Part shown: piece by piece, positions 33,024 through 42,024 of the stretch
Numbering within the stretch: position 1 is the first letter of the stretch
Layout: each line of letters begins with the position of its first letter
From: an uncultured Pseudomonadales bacterium
GTDB lineage: Bacteria > Patescibacteriota > Microgenomatia > UBA1400 > Chazhemtobacteraceae
Length of the DNA stretch: 64,000 nt
Direction of reading: 5' to 3'
Assembly (NCBI GenBank): GCA_964618725.1
Contig: CAZUBK010000005.1
Location: forward strand, 11,569 to 75,568
Position numbers and translations under genes: made by a program
The notes under the pieces: model-generated
What the model was told of the DNA's origin: nothing
The model's database searches: none
What the model saw: the letters and a program-made list of their open reading frames with translations, nothing else

Positions 33024-33450
33024 TTTCTATTCAACTCAACCGTGAACGATATCTAGTGGTCTTCTCCACCACCACGTATTTTGTATTGCGTACAATATCT
33101 CTTTTACGACATAAAAAGTATCATTCATCCCACCGGCCACGGTAGAGTAGGGCGCTTGTCTCTTAGCCATAAATATCAGATAGCTACTTAGACCTCGTTT
33201 TTCTCTTCCAAATTAATTAATTCATTTCTATACTCTAGGTCTTGAGACCATATCAATCAGTATCATTGTTTCATCTATCAAGAAGCATCTCTTCTCTCCC
33301 CTGGACAGATCTAGCTACATTTCCTCCTTTACAGCCTCGGTCCGGCCTCAATCAAACAGTGTCAATCACCCCAATGACCAATTTCGTGAAAACTTTGCCT
33401 TTTCTGTGAAAATTGCGCCACTTCTCTACTCTGGGTCATAGATCCTGCTC

Positions 33451-34272
33451 TTATCTCCAACTCGTGATGTAAAAACTAACCAACAAAACCACTATTGCTA
33501 CTGCGACGTATTCATTTATCTGATTCTTAAACAACCGACCCACTAGATGCTGCTCTGCTAAACCCAACATCACATATAAACTAGTGATCAGAACCAGCGC
33601 CCCTGTCAGGGCCCGAAGCGGCCACAGACTCAACGTCATCCCAATCTCTGCACAAATCAAGGCAATCACAAACGAATAAACTATTATCTTTCTGGATAAT
33701 CCTTCCTTTAGTTGCATCGACCAGTTACCCTGCACCGATAAAAGAAAACTTAGGACACTAACTGTTAGGCCCATCGCCCACCAAGACAAGCGAAACGAAA
33801 AAATTGCCTGAAACAAAAAAACTCCTACAATAAGTGTCAACAAGAAACCTGCCGTATGAGCCGCTCTGAGCAACTGAATTGTTCTGATCGCTGCCACACT
33901 AAAGATGTTCTCAGTCAGATATAAAGCATAGAGTCCCACACTAAATCCCAACCAAAACACCATCTTTATCAAATTAGCCAGAAGCAATGCCACCTCTGTC
34001 TCGAATCTTATACCGAAAATCCTCGGTAAAGCTGCCGGCAGAAACAAACTAAACAGACCTGCACCCAAAGTAAATAAAACAGGCAGAATCAAAACCGTAA
34101 ACCACTCAACTCCTTTCAAATCCTCAAACAAAACCCACGCCGAAATAAGATAAGATGCGACTGAAAGAGCCAAAATTGCCTGTATTCTGTGTTCCGGTAA
34201 AATGAACTGAGTCGTCCACAAGGTCACCGCCAAAAAAAGACTTGCAAGAACATACTTCATTCGCTTGCTCAT
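33451..34272 (-). CDS. Polytopic membrane protein of unknown function
   Basis: 273 aa with about 8-9 hydrophobic segments. Confidence 0.8.
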   Translation of the reverse strand: MSKRMKYVLASLFLAVTLWTTQFILPEHRIQAILALSVASYLISAWVLFEDLKGVEWFTVLILPVLFTLGAGLFSLFLPAALPRIFGIRFETEVALLLANLIKMVFWLGFSVGLYALYLTENIFSVAAIRTIQLLRAAHTAGFLLTLIVGVFLFQAIFSFRLSWWAMGLTVSVLSFLLSVQGNWSMQLKEGLSRKIIVYSFVIALICAEIGMTLSLWPLRALTGALVLITSLYVMLGLAEQHLVGRLFKNQINEYVAVAIVVLLVSFYITSWR

Positions 34273-34312
34273 GTGCCCATTCTATACCAAGATTGCGGTA
34301 CTCCGCCACCAA

Positions 34313-34837
34313 TCAAGCCAGATTAGTCCACACCTCAACTACATCATCCAGTTCGTCTAATTGATCAAGTAAAATCTCTACTTTTTCTTTACTCCCGTCA
34401 GGCAAGGTTATCCTAGGGATCGGCTGGATATGCTTAAGATAAGTTACCGAACCAGGACCCCCAATACTTCCACCCGCCTTCTCCATTAGGTTTCTCACAT
34501 CAGACCCCGTCCTATTTCGATTGTCTGTCACACAGGAAACTATCATCCCCACGCCAAATGGTCCATAGCCCTCGTAAGACACCTCCTCAAGCCTCCCCCC
34601 TTCCCCCTTACCTAGTCCCCTTTCTATCGCACGTCGCACATTGTCATTGGGCATATTCGCCTGCCTGGCCTTATCAACATACAATCGTAAACTAGGGTTA
34701 GAATTAGGGTCCCCATTCCCTCCTTGTTGAACTGCTATGGTTATCTGCTTCGCCAATTTAGTAAATACCTTTCCCTTCTTGGCATCAGTGATTGCTTTCT
34801 TGTGCTTAATTGTTGACCATTTGCTATGTCCCGACAT
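34313..34837 (-). CDS. yebC: YebC/PmpR family protein (short form)
   Basis: MSGHSKWSTIKHKK, NPSLR, YEGYGP.GV, TDNRNRT, DDVVEVWTN. Confidence 0.93.
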   Translation of the reverse strand: MSGHSKWSTIKHKKAITDAKKGKVFTKLAKQITIAVQQGGNGDPNSNPSLRLYVDKARQANMPNDNVRRAIERGLGKGEGGRLEEVSYEGYGPFGVGMIVSCVTDNRNRTGSDVRNLMEKAGGSIGGPGSVTYLKHIQPIPRITLPDGSKEKVEILLDQLDELDDVVEVWTNLA

Positions 34838-34863
34838 GAAGTCATTGTACCACCAGGCATAAG

Positions 34864-34890
34864 TTTGGGCCGCGATACTCGCGGCCCAAA
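34864..34890. terminator. GC-rich hairpin after the 38-aa small gene
   Basis: TTTGGGCCGCGA-tac-TCGCGGCCCAAA 12-bp stem, 2 nt past the stop. Confidence 0.75.
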
Positions 34891-34892
34891 AA

Positions 34893-35009
34893 TTACTTCA
34901 GGTGACTAACATACCCGGGGCGCTGCGCCCGCTCATAAAATCGCTTTGCCACCTTGCGGCGACGTGCCAGGTAGGCTTCCTGCCAACCCTTCTTCAAAAT
35001 AACCTTCAC
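34893..35009 (-). CDS. Small basic protein (38 aa), monocistronic
   Basis: GTG-KVILKKGWQEAYLARRRKVAKRFYERAQRPGYVSHLK*; GGAGG RBS, TTGACA-17-TATTAT promoter (35071-35043) and downstream hairpin. Confidence 0.7.
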   Translation of the reverse strand: MKVILKKGWQEAYLARRRKVAKRFYERAQRPGYVSHLK

Positions 35010-35140
35010 TTCACGCCTCCGTTGGGAAAGATTAATATGACCATAATAGCAGAAAAACAACTGTTTGTCAAGACTATGGGTTTTGCTACTCTCCCTGCTC
35101 CTTGACTCTGGCTGTCACATACATTAAATTTGCCTAAGTT

Positions 35141-35848
35141 ATGAACCAAAGCCTTCCAGAGCTCAACCAAGCCGCCATCCATGCTTCCCTTACCCAACAA
35201 TGGGCCGCCGCAATTGATCTTAACCTTCACATAGTCCAATTAGATCCCACAAACATCTCTGCCCTTAACCGTCTTGCCAAAGCGTACGAAGAGACTGGCG
35301 AGATAGATAAAGCCCTTAAGTCGTACAACAAAGTTATCAAAATTGACAAGTACAACCGCATCGCCTTAAACAACATCGCTCGCCTTCAAAATCTTAAAAA
35401 ATCGCCCCACAAAGCCTCTTCCGGCCAATCATCTAACTTCAGCTTTATTGAAGAGCCTGGTAAAACCAAAACTGTCTTTTTAACTAAACTCGCTTCCAAC
35501 CAGACCCTCTCCAATCTACGCACTTCTCAACTGATTCACCTCAAAACCAGTAAACGTCGCATCAGTGCCTCCACCCAAGATGGGACCTTTGTTGGTTATC
35601 TGCCCGACGACCTATCCACTCACCTTACCCGTTTAATCAAACTCGGTAATGTCTACGAAGCCGCCATCAAAAACGCCACCAAAGAAGGCATTGAGATTTT
35701 TATCCGCGAAACCAAGAGAAGCAGTCGGCTCAAAGGCTTGCCCTCATTCTCCCTTAAAGATACACAAAAGTATTATCAGTTCCTCCCCACAGAACCCCTT
35801 TCTGAAGTCCCTTTGGAAATCATTGATAGCGAGTCAGAGTCTGTCTAA
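35141..35848 (+). CDS. Tetratricopeptide-repeat protein
   Basis: N-terminal TPR (DPTNISALNRLAKAYEETGEIDKALKSYNKV); C-terminal FIEEPGKTK...VGYLPDDL. Confidence 0.8.
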   Translation: MNQSLPELNQAAIHASLTQQWAAAIDLNLHIVQLDPTNISALNRLAKAYEETGEIDKALKSYNKVIKIDKYNRIALNNIARLQNLKKSPHKASSGQSSNFSFIEEPGKTKTVFLTKLASNQTLSNLRTSQLIHLKTSKRRISASTQDGTFVGYLPDDLSTHLTRLIKLGNVYEAAIKNATKEGIEIFIRETKRSSRLKGLPSFSLKDTQKYYQFLPTEPLSEVPLEIIDSESESV

Positions 35849-35852
35849 ACCA

Positions 35853-36770
35853 CTAACGATAATACTCACCCCATTTCTTACCCAACACCACAGTTGCTTG
35901 AAACATTTCGCCTTCCGAAACCTCTTTCTTGCAATCTAGTTTCTCTTCAAACCATCTCACCATAATCTCTTCAGTATCCTTTTCCCCCACCTTCACCAAA
36001 CACCACCCTTCTCCTGGATCAGCCTTTTCTATCCGTGCTGTCAGCCCACCAACCGCCAAAATCATTCTTTCTGCCAATGATGCTGTTTGTGCCATTCCGC
36101 TTCGATCATTCACAATAATTCTTAATCGACTAGCCAGGATCTTTTCATTGATAAATTCCTGACGAATCTTCTCTAATCTCTCTGGGTTTACCACTATCGT
36201 CTCACTACCGTCCGGCAGTGTCTTTGTCTCCCCCAACTTGGCAGACAACTCAATTTCCCTGTATTGATCCTCGCGCAAAGAAGTTAAGAACCAAGCTAGC
36301 CTCAGCCTATCGACCAATGGCAAATCTGTTACCACTGGCCTCAGAAACAGTCGTGGCTCAACTTTATCTTTATCTACTACATGTAGTAATCCATCTACTT
36401 TTACACCAAAGAAACTCTCCACCGTCGTTTTTGTCGTCATGATTGCTCGTCCTTCGCCTTCTCCAAATTTCCATATCGAACCCGCTTTAAGCATCCCTTC
36501 CATCCCCACCACCGGCATCATCATATTTCTAGGAATTCTCATCGTTACCACTTGTTTTGCGACCGGATTAATTACTACCAAACTCAAATCATCTCCCACC
36601 AGAACAACTAAATAGTTGAAGTCCCGACTCCAGAGCGACCGGATCTGTGAGATACCCAAAAGTACCAACAAACAAAGAAGAAGAACCAACAGTCCTCGTG
36701 CCACAAATCGCCAGTTTTTCTCCTTTACTTTTCTGTCCATGACACGCTCTGATAATCCTTCCTCCATCAT
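35853..36770 (-). CDS. LCP/LytR-like cell-envelope protein
   Basis: TM anchor, MRIPRNM, VESFFGVKVDG, TDL; C-terminal LytR_C-like IIVNDRSG...VVLGK. Confidence 0.6.
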   Translation of the reverse strand: MMEEGLSERVMDRKVKEKNWRFVARGLLVLLLCLLVLLGISQIRSLWSRDFNYLVVLVGDDLSLVVINPVAKQVVTMRIPRNMMMPVVGMEGMLKAGSIWKFGEGEGRAIMTTKTTVESFFGVKVDGLLHVVDKDKVEPRLFLRPVVTDLPLVDRLRLAWFLTSLREDQYREIELSAKLGETKTLPDGSETIVVNPERLEKIRQEFINEKILASRLRIIVNDRSGMAQTASLAERMILAVGGLTARIEKADPGEGWCLVKVGEKDTEEIMVRWFEEKLDCKKEVSEGEMFQATVVLGKKWGEYYR

Positions 36771-36785
36771 CCCACTCTACCAAAT

Positions 36786-37886
36786 TTACTCTCTCATTTG
36801 CTCAGTCAAAGACACAATAAATCTCACATTATGTATACTCGCCAGACGATAATACAAAAGCTCCTTGTTCATATATAAATGTCGCAGATACCCCCGAGAA
36901 TAACCGGCCATACACGTCGCACAGTCACAGCCCTCCATGATTATTTTTCTATCTAGTCTCCATTCATTGCGACTGATAACCAACCTGCCTTTATTAAATT
37001 CCGATTCAAAAACAAATCCTTTCTCCCTATTTCCTATCAACTTACCACTAAACAAAGCACCGTTCCGCGCTAGTCTTGTCGGCCCAACACAATCAAACAT
37101 GTCAACTCCGCTCGTCACCAATGCAACTATGTTTGCCGGATCTCTCCCTGCTCCCATTGCGTAAAAGGGTTTCTTTGAATCTAAAAAGGGCTTTACCCAA
37201 CCGATCTGTTCCACTGTCTTTTTCATATCATATCCAACACTCTCACCCCCAATCGCCACCCCCGGCAGATCCTGCTCCTCAACAAATCTGGCTGACTCTT
37301 CCCGTAATTTCCTATAATCCCCCCCCTGAATGATTCCAAACAACGACTGTTGTCCCGCCTTTCTCAACCACTCTTCTTTAGATCTAATTAACCAACGATG
37401 CGTCCGCTTAAGGGCCAGTCTACTGTAACTTTCATCGGTCATCGGCGTACACTCGTCAAAAGCCATAATGATATCTGCTCCCAAAGCTCGTTGAATCCGA
37501 ATTGAACTTTCCGCGTTCATCCGCAATTGACTTCCATCAAGATGTGATCGAAAAACTACTCCTTCATCATCAATCTTGACATTTTTTCCCAAACTAAATA
37601 CTTGGAATCCTCCCGAATCTGTCAAAGTTGGTCTATCCCAGTTCATAAATCGACTCACGCCACCCATTTCCTCAACCACTTTCTCACCAGGACGAAGATG
37701 TAAATGATAAGTATTCCCCAGCACGATCTCTACCCCACAACTCAGTAAATCCTCCGCAGACAAACTCTTGACGCTACCTGCCGTTGCCACCGCCATGAAT
37801 ACCGGTGTCTTCACCTGCCCTCGAGGTAAAAATAACTCTCCCACCCTGCCCGACCTATCATCTTTGAGTAACTTAAACTTCAACAT
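36786..37886 (-). CDS. tgt: tRNA-guanine transglycosylase
   Basis: TPVFM, NTYHLHLRPG, TDSGGFQVFSL, GIIQGG, GVDMFDCV.PTRLARNG, CxCxxC...HN zinc site. Confidence 0.96.
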   Translation of the reverse strand: MLKFKLLKDDRSGRVGELFLPRGQVKTPVFMAVATAGSVKSLSAEDLLSCGVEIVLGNTYHLHLRPGEKVVEEMGGVSRFMNWDRPTLTDSGGFQVFSLGKNVKIDDEGVVFRSHLDGSQLRMNAESSIRIQRALGADIIMAFDECTPMTDESYSRLALKRTHRWLIRSKEEWLRKAGQQSLFGIIQGGDYRKLREESARFVEEQDLPGVAIGGESVGYDMKKTVEQIGWVKPFLDSKKPFYAMGAGRDPANIVALVTSGVDMFDCVGPTRLARNGALFSGKLIGNREKGFVFESEFNKGRLVISRNEWRLDRKIIMEGCDCATCMAGYSRGYLRHLYMNKELLYYRLASIHNVRFIVSLTEQMRE

Positions 37887-38622
37887 CGATCGGCAGTAAC
37901 TTTCTAACAAGTCTTTCTAAATCCTCCGCTAGTGGCGCCTTAAATTTGACCCTCTCCCCCGTCACCGGATGTGTCAACTCAAGCATTTCCGCATGCAATG
38001 CGTGCCTACCCAGCACTCTCTTGTCTTCCGCAAGCTTCCTTTTTATCAAATACTTGCTGTCACTTACTAGAGGATGTCCTAGATGTGCCATGTGGACTCG
38101 AATCTGATGTGTCCTTCCCGTCACGGGAAATAATCTCACTAAAGACCATACCTCCCCACCCAAAGACCGGGCAGGAGACAAATAGTAACCCACCACCTCC
38201 CATGCTGTTTCTGCCATCTTGCCCTCATATCCTACTGCCCATCTCCTTCGATCCACCCTGTCTCGTGTTAATGGCAACTTAATCGTTCCCCTCTTCGGCT
38301 CCAATTTCCCATGAACAAGCGCCAGGTATTGCTTCTTTACTTCCCTTTCCTTAAATTGACGCATTAACTCCATTAACACCCCTGTAGACTTGGCCAAGAC
38401 CAGGCAACCACTTGTCTCTTTATCTAGTCGATGTGCCAATCCTGACCTAGCTGACAACTCATCATCCACTTTAAACGATGGTCTAAGACCTAGATGTTCA
38501 AATGCCAAATCTGCTACCGTTTCACCGCTAGTCGTGGTCGCCCGGTTGACTGTAATCCCCGCCGGTTTATTTATCACCCACAACGACCCATCCTCATAAA
38601 GAGTTGTTAGCTTTAGTTTCAT
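37873..38622 (-). CDS. RluA/RluD family RNA pseudouridine synthase
   Basis: INKPAG, HRLDKETSG, TGRTHQIRVH, LHA. Confidence 0.93.
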   Translation of the reverse strand: MKLKLTTLYEDGSLWVINKPAGITVNRATTTSGETVADLAFEHLGLRPSFKVDDELSARSGLAHRLDKETSGCLVLAKSTGVLMELMRQFKEREVKKQYLALVHGKLEPKRGTIKLPLTRDRVDRRRWAVGYEGKMAETAWEVVGYYLSPARSLGGEVWSLVRLFPVTGRTHQIRVHMAHLGHPLVSDSKYLIKRKLAEDKRVLGRHALHAEMLELTHPVTGERVKFKAPLAEDLERLVRKLLPIDVEV

Positions 38623-39007
38623 TTTTTGTGATCTCCCGCCAAATAATTAAGCATACTGCTATAGTCAGATATATATCGGCTACATTAAACCACAAACCTA
38701 CCCCTGGTAGCCAGAGCCAATCTGTAACCGTTCCAAAAACTATTCGATCCCCCAAGTTCCCCACTCCACCCGCAATTAATAAAGTCTTCTCCCACTCTGA
38801 CAATGTTTTAAAGAACAAAGATAATAAAAGCAGTCCAAATAGAGTCAGAACCAAACCATAATTCGAAAACATCCCAAATCCAACCCCCTGATTAACAAAA
38901 ATCGGAAATCCTTTCCTCGCCACAAGCGTACTCACCCACCCCAAGGATACTAAAAAAAAGACCCATCTATTTACCCTGCTTTTCTTTAAGTTTCTCACAA
39001 CTGACAC
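38594..39007 (-). CDS. lspA: Lipoprotein signal peptidase II
   Basis: NQGVGFG, GNLGDR, VTDW, FNVAD; start uncertain. Confidence 0.85.
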   Translation of the reverse strand: MSVVRNLKKSRVNRWVFFLVSLGWVSTLVARKGFPIFVNQGVGFGMFSNYGLVLTLFGLLLLSLFFKTLSEWEKTLLIAGGVGNLGDRIVFGTVTDWLWLPGVGLWFNVADIYLTIAVCLIIWREITKNETKANNSL

Positions 39008-39350
39008 AAAACTCCGCCGTTGGATTAATTGCCAATCTGTCCGTATCTATCATCCTCCCACAATTAGCGCACACCCCATATCTACCCACTTTGATCCTCG
39101 TTAATGCTTTTCGAATATTAATCAATGCTTTGTCAACCTCTACCCTTATTATCGACACTCGCTCGTGACCGATTAACTCCGCTACCTCAGTGTCTACTGC
39201 TGCATTATCCATTTCCCGATCAGTCATCTTAAACGGATCTTCTTTCTCTAACCTCTTTTTTTGCTGTCTTAATCTTTTTTCCTCACCTAAAAGATAACTA
39301 GCCACTGGCTCGAGCAATTTAGCTGGAAATTTAATTACGGGTTTTAGCAT
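38967..39350 (-). CDS. DksA/TraR C4 zinc-finger protein
   Basis: ALTRI..GRYGVCANCGRMI..DRL..NPTAEFCVSC. Confidence 0.9.
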   Translation of the reverse strand: MLKPVIKFPAKLLEPVASYLLGEEKRLRQQKKRLEKEDPFKMTDREMDNAAVDTEVAELIGHERVSIIRVEVDKALINIRKALTRIKVGRYGVCANCGRMIDTDRLAINPTAEFCVSCEKLKEKQGK

Positions 39351-39402
39351 ATTTCTTAAAGTCTCAATCAGTCTACAAGATCCTACTCCTTAAGGAAAGA
39401 CC

Positions 39403-40206
39403 TCACTTTTTCTTTCTAAAAGGCATCTGTAACAGCTTTAGATCATTAAGAAAAGTCCTCCCCGACCTAATGTATATGCCACTCATTCCGAAAACAAGGC
39501 TAGATATTGCAAAGACTCGCTTCACCATCAGTTCCACACCTCCTTGATACCCAAAGCTGCTTACAAAAAATACTATGCCGATAAGAGCCATAAACATAAA
39601 CCACAGAAAACCGCTTTTAGCTGTACTTTTACCTGCCCTGTACCACTCGATTGTCTTATACTTCGGCTCCAGTTTCCAAAGCCATAAAAAAACTAACAGT
39701 AAACCTACTGCCTCGAACAATTGAATTGGCAAAACCCTTCCTTCTGCTCCCACCATCAAAACTCCAATTAAACTCGGCTTCCCTAAGCCTGTCCCATTCA
39801 ACAAAGCCGCTATCCTTCCCACCACTAAACCCAACCCCCCCCCCAAAGCAGCAATGTCTAACCAAACGAATACATCCCGCCTTTTCTGCCAACATAAAAA
39901 AACTAAGATTGCCACCCCTCCCAACAAACTACCCCACATCGACAAACCAGTATATTGCGTGAACCAAATCCACTTAAGCGGACTCATCCCAAATGAAGCG
40001 GAATGTTCAATTAGATACACCACCCTTGCTCCCACCAATCCTCCAAATATCACCAAAAGAAAGCTATCAAAAAATTCTCTATCATCAATATGATACTCAA
40101 CAATCTTCTTCCAACTTACAAACAATCCCAAGACACAAGCAAGCACTAGTAAAAATCCAAAGCTATAGATAGTAACAACACCCAACTGAAAAACTACTGG
40201 CCACAT
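39403..40206 (-). CDS. lgt: Prolipoprotein diacylglyceryl transferase-like protein
   Basis: MWPVVFQLG...YSFG, GLVGARVVY, GLSMWG, GRIA.LLNG, PIQLFE. Confidence 0.85.
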   Translation of the reverse strand: MWPVVFQLGVVTIYSFGFLLVLACVLGLFVSWKKIVEYHIDDREFFDSFLLVIFGGLVGARVVYLIEHSASFGMSPLKWIWFTQYTGLSMWGSLLGGVAILVFLCWQKRRDVFVWLDIAALGGGLGLVVGRIAALLNGTGLGKPSLIGVLMVGAEGRVLPIQLFEAVGLLLVFLWLWKLEPKYKTIEWYRAGKSTAKSGFLWFMFMALIGIVFFVSSFGYQGGVELMVKRVFAISSLVFGMSGIYIRSGRTFLNDLKLLQMPFRKKK

Positions 40207-40259
40207 AACTAGTTCAATATATCACAAAGCTTCTAGCTCAAATAATATATACTTATACA

Positions 40260-40706
40260 ATGCTCTCTATCGCCCATGGCCCCACCGGAGCCCTTATTGC
40301 TACCAAAGTCAGTAACCCCCTTATCTCCATTCCACTCATCCTCGCCTCTCATTTTCTCGAGGACAAGATCCCTCATTGGGATGTTGGCCAGGGTCTTACC
40401 AAAAAAACCAAATCAAAAAAAAGCGCCTTCTTTCAAGAGCTACTCATCGATTTTCCCACTTCACTCCTTTTTGTCTACTTTCTTTTTCAATACGGCCGCC
40501 CTTTTTCTTTCACCCCCTGGCTAGGCTGGTTCTTTGGTCTCCTCCCCGATTTTCTCGAGTTTCCCCGCAATTTTCTCGGTGGCCAACCCTTTTTTCTTAA
40601 ACCACTTAATCGATTCCATCACAACTTTCATCACTCCACTTCCAATAAGCTCATTGGGCTTATTCCTCAAATCATTCTCCTCATAGTCATCTATTTTCTG
40701 AGATAG
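40260..40706 (+). CDS. Membrane-bound metal-dependent hydrolase-like protein
   Basis: H...G, SHFLEDKIPH, LLPD, HH.FHH histidine motifs. Confidence 0.6.
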   Translation: MLSIAHGPTGALIATKVSNPLISIPLILASHFLEDKIPHWDVGQGLTKKTKSKKSAFFQELLIDFPTSLLFVYFLFQYGRPFSFTPWLGWFFGLLPDFLEFPRNFLGGQPFFLKPLNRFHHNFHHSTSNKLIGLIPQIILLIVIYFLR

Positions 40707-40710
40707 TCTT

Positions 40711-41280
40711 TCATTCATTCACCCTCATTGTGTATTCTCCCGTTGTCGTATTGACCTTGATCCTATCTCCTTCCTTGACAAACAAAGGTACTTGGACCGT
40801 CAAACCACTGAAGGTCGTTGCTGGCTTGTAGATATTCGTCGCACTATTTCCCTTTACCCAGGGTTCCGTCTCAGCAATCATCAGTACAACTGAAGGTGGC
40901 ACCTCCACTCCAATAATCTTCTCATCCCAAAACTGCATCCAAGCATTTTCTCCCTCCACTAGGTACTTCAAATCATCTCCCAAGACCTCTCTACCAATCT
41001 CTAATTGTTCATAAGTTCTCGGATCCATGAAATATACCTTCACTCCATCGCTGTATAGATATTGCATCTCCTTTTTCTCAAGCGCCACCTGTTCTACCCG
41101 GTTCCCCGATAGATATGATTTTGTCACAATTGACCCAGTCAATAAATTCTTTGCCTTTACCTTAATATTGGCACTCCCTCTACCAATTTTGCTGAAGTCA
41201 TATTTCATTACCTTAAATAGCTCTCCCCCTTCTTCAAAAGTAACACCTACTTTTAGTTTGTTTACATCAACGGCTGACAT
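40711..41280 (-). CDS. efp: Translation elongation factor P
   Basis: MQYLY.DG...FMDP.TYEQ, KGNSA...KPA...G..VQVPLFV.EGD.IKVNT; true start MSAVD at 41280 because the ORF-track extension runs through a tRNA. Confidence 0.95.
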   Translation of the reverse strand: MSAVDVNKLKVGVTFEEGGELFKVMKYDFSKIGRGSANIKVKAKNLLTGSIVTKSYLSGNRVEQVALEKKEMQYLYSDGVKVYFMDPRTYEQLEIGREVLGDDLKYLVEGENAWMQFWDEKIIGVEVPPSVVLMIAETEPWVKGNSATNIYKPATTFSGLTVQVPLFVKEGDRIKVNTTTGEYTMRVNE

Positions 41281-41303
41281 ATCTGTTTCATATTTGTAAT
41301 CTG

Positions 41304-41387
41304 TGCCTGGAGTGGGAGTCGGACCCACATGGAGTTGCCCCCATAGGTTTTTGAGACCTACGCGTATACCAGTTCCGCCATCCAGGC
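41304..41387 (-). tRNA. tRNA-Leu (CAA)
   Basis: Acceptor GCCTGGA/TCCAGGC, anticodon arm TAGGT-CTCAAAA-ACCTA, long variable arm, T arm GTGGG-TCCGACT-CCCAC, discriminator A, CCA not encoded. Confidence 0.93.
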
Positions 41388-41477
41388 ATGCAGTTATTCT
41401 ACCACCTTCCCTTTTTACCCTCCTCATGATATTATAAGCTATAGTTCTTTGAACATGACAAGATTGGAGATCGTAAA

Positions 41478-41996
41478 TTGGCTGCTACGTTGCGTCAGCT
41501 GTATCAAGACCTCGACGAATTCCCCGCCGCCCTGCTTATTATCATTATCTTTCTGAGCGGACTCGCCAGTCGTGGCGTCAGTTACATCCTTTTTAAGGCC
41601 GACATTCCCGTTTTTGATCAAGCGATAGCCATCTCCTCTATGTTTGCTTCTTCCTTCAGTCTAACGCTATTTCTTTTAGGTGCGGCATTCATGGAAGAAT
41701 TTATCTTCCGTGTCGGGAGCTATAATCTGGTCTCGCTCCTTCACAAGATCTTCAAAGCTCGATATCTCCCATATTGGCTCGTCATAGGGATTACAGTGTC
41801 TTTTCTCTTTGGCATTCTCCACACCAATTACCCACTCCACTTTCGTGTGATACAGGGTCTTACCGGCCTTCTCCTCTTTGCCATTTATACCAAGTCGAGC
41901 CAGGCTTTCGGACAACCTATCGCTTTTGTCCTGACTTCCCTGATCCATTTCTCCTTTAACTTCAGCGCCTTTCTTCTCTTCTTTCTCGTCAGCTAA
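41478..41996 (+). CDS. CPBP (Abi/Rce1-like) intramembrane metalloprotease
   Basis: EEFIFR, FGILH and C-terminal HxxxN (HFSFN) motifs; start uncertain. Confidence 0.8.
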   Translation: MAATLRQLYQDLDEFPAALLIIIIFLSGLASRGVSYILFKADIPVFDQAIAISSMFASSFSLTLFLLGAAFMEEFIFRVGSYNLVSLLHKIFKARYLPYWLVIGITVSFLFGILHTNYPLHFRVIQGLTGLLLFAIYTKSSQAFGQPIAFVLTSLIHFSFNFSAFLLFFLVS

Positions 41997-42024
41997 CCAC
42001 TCACCCCCGTTTCCCCCGGGGGTT

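Noticed and set aside
32727-33034. 62-aa (+) and 73-aa (-) ORFs in the Xer upstream gap
   Set aside because: They overlap each other and have no clear RBS, no -10 at the usual spacing and no recognisable motif
33100-33130. dif-like site (TTATGTCGTAAA on the - strand)
   Set aside because: Only a weak half-site with no matching second arm, and no skew inversion
41281-41427. N-terminal extension of EF-P in the ORF track
   Set aside because: Runs through tRNA-Leu; EF-P homology starts at 41280
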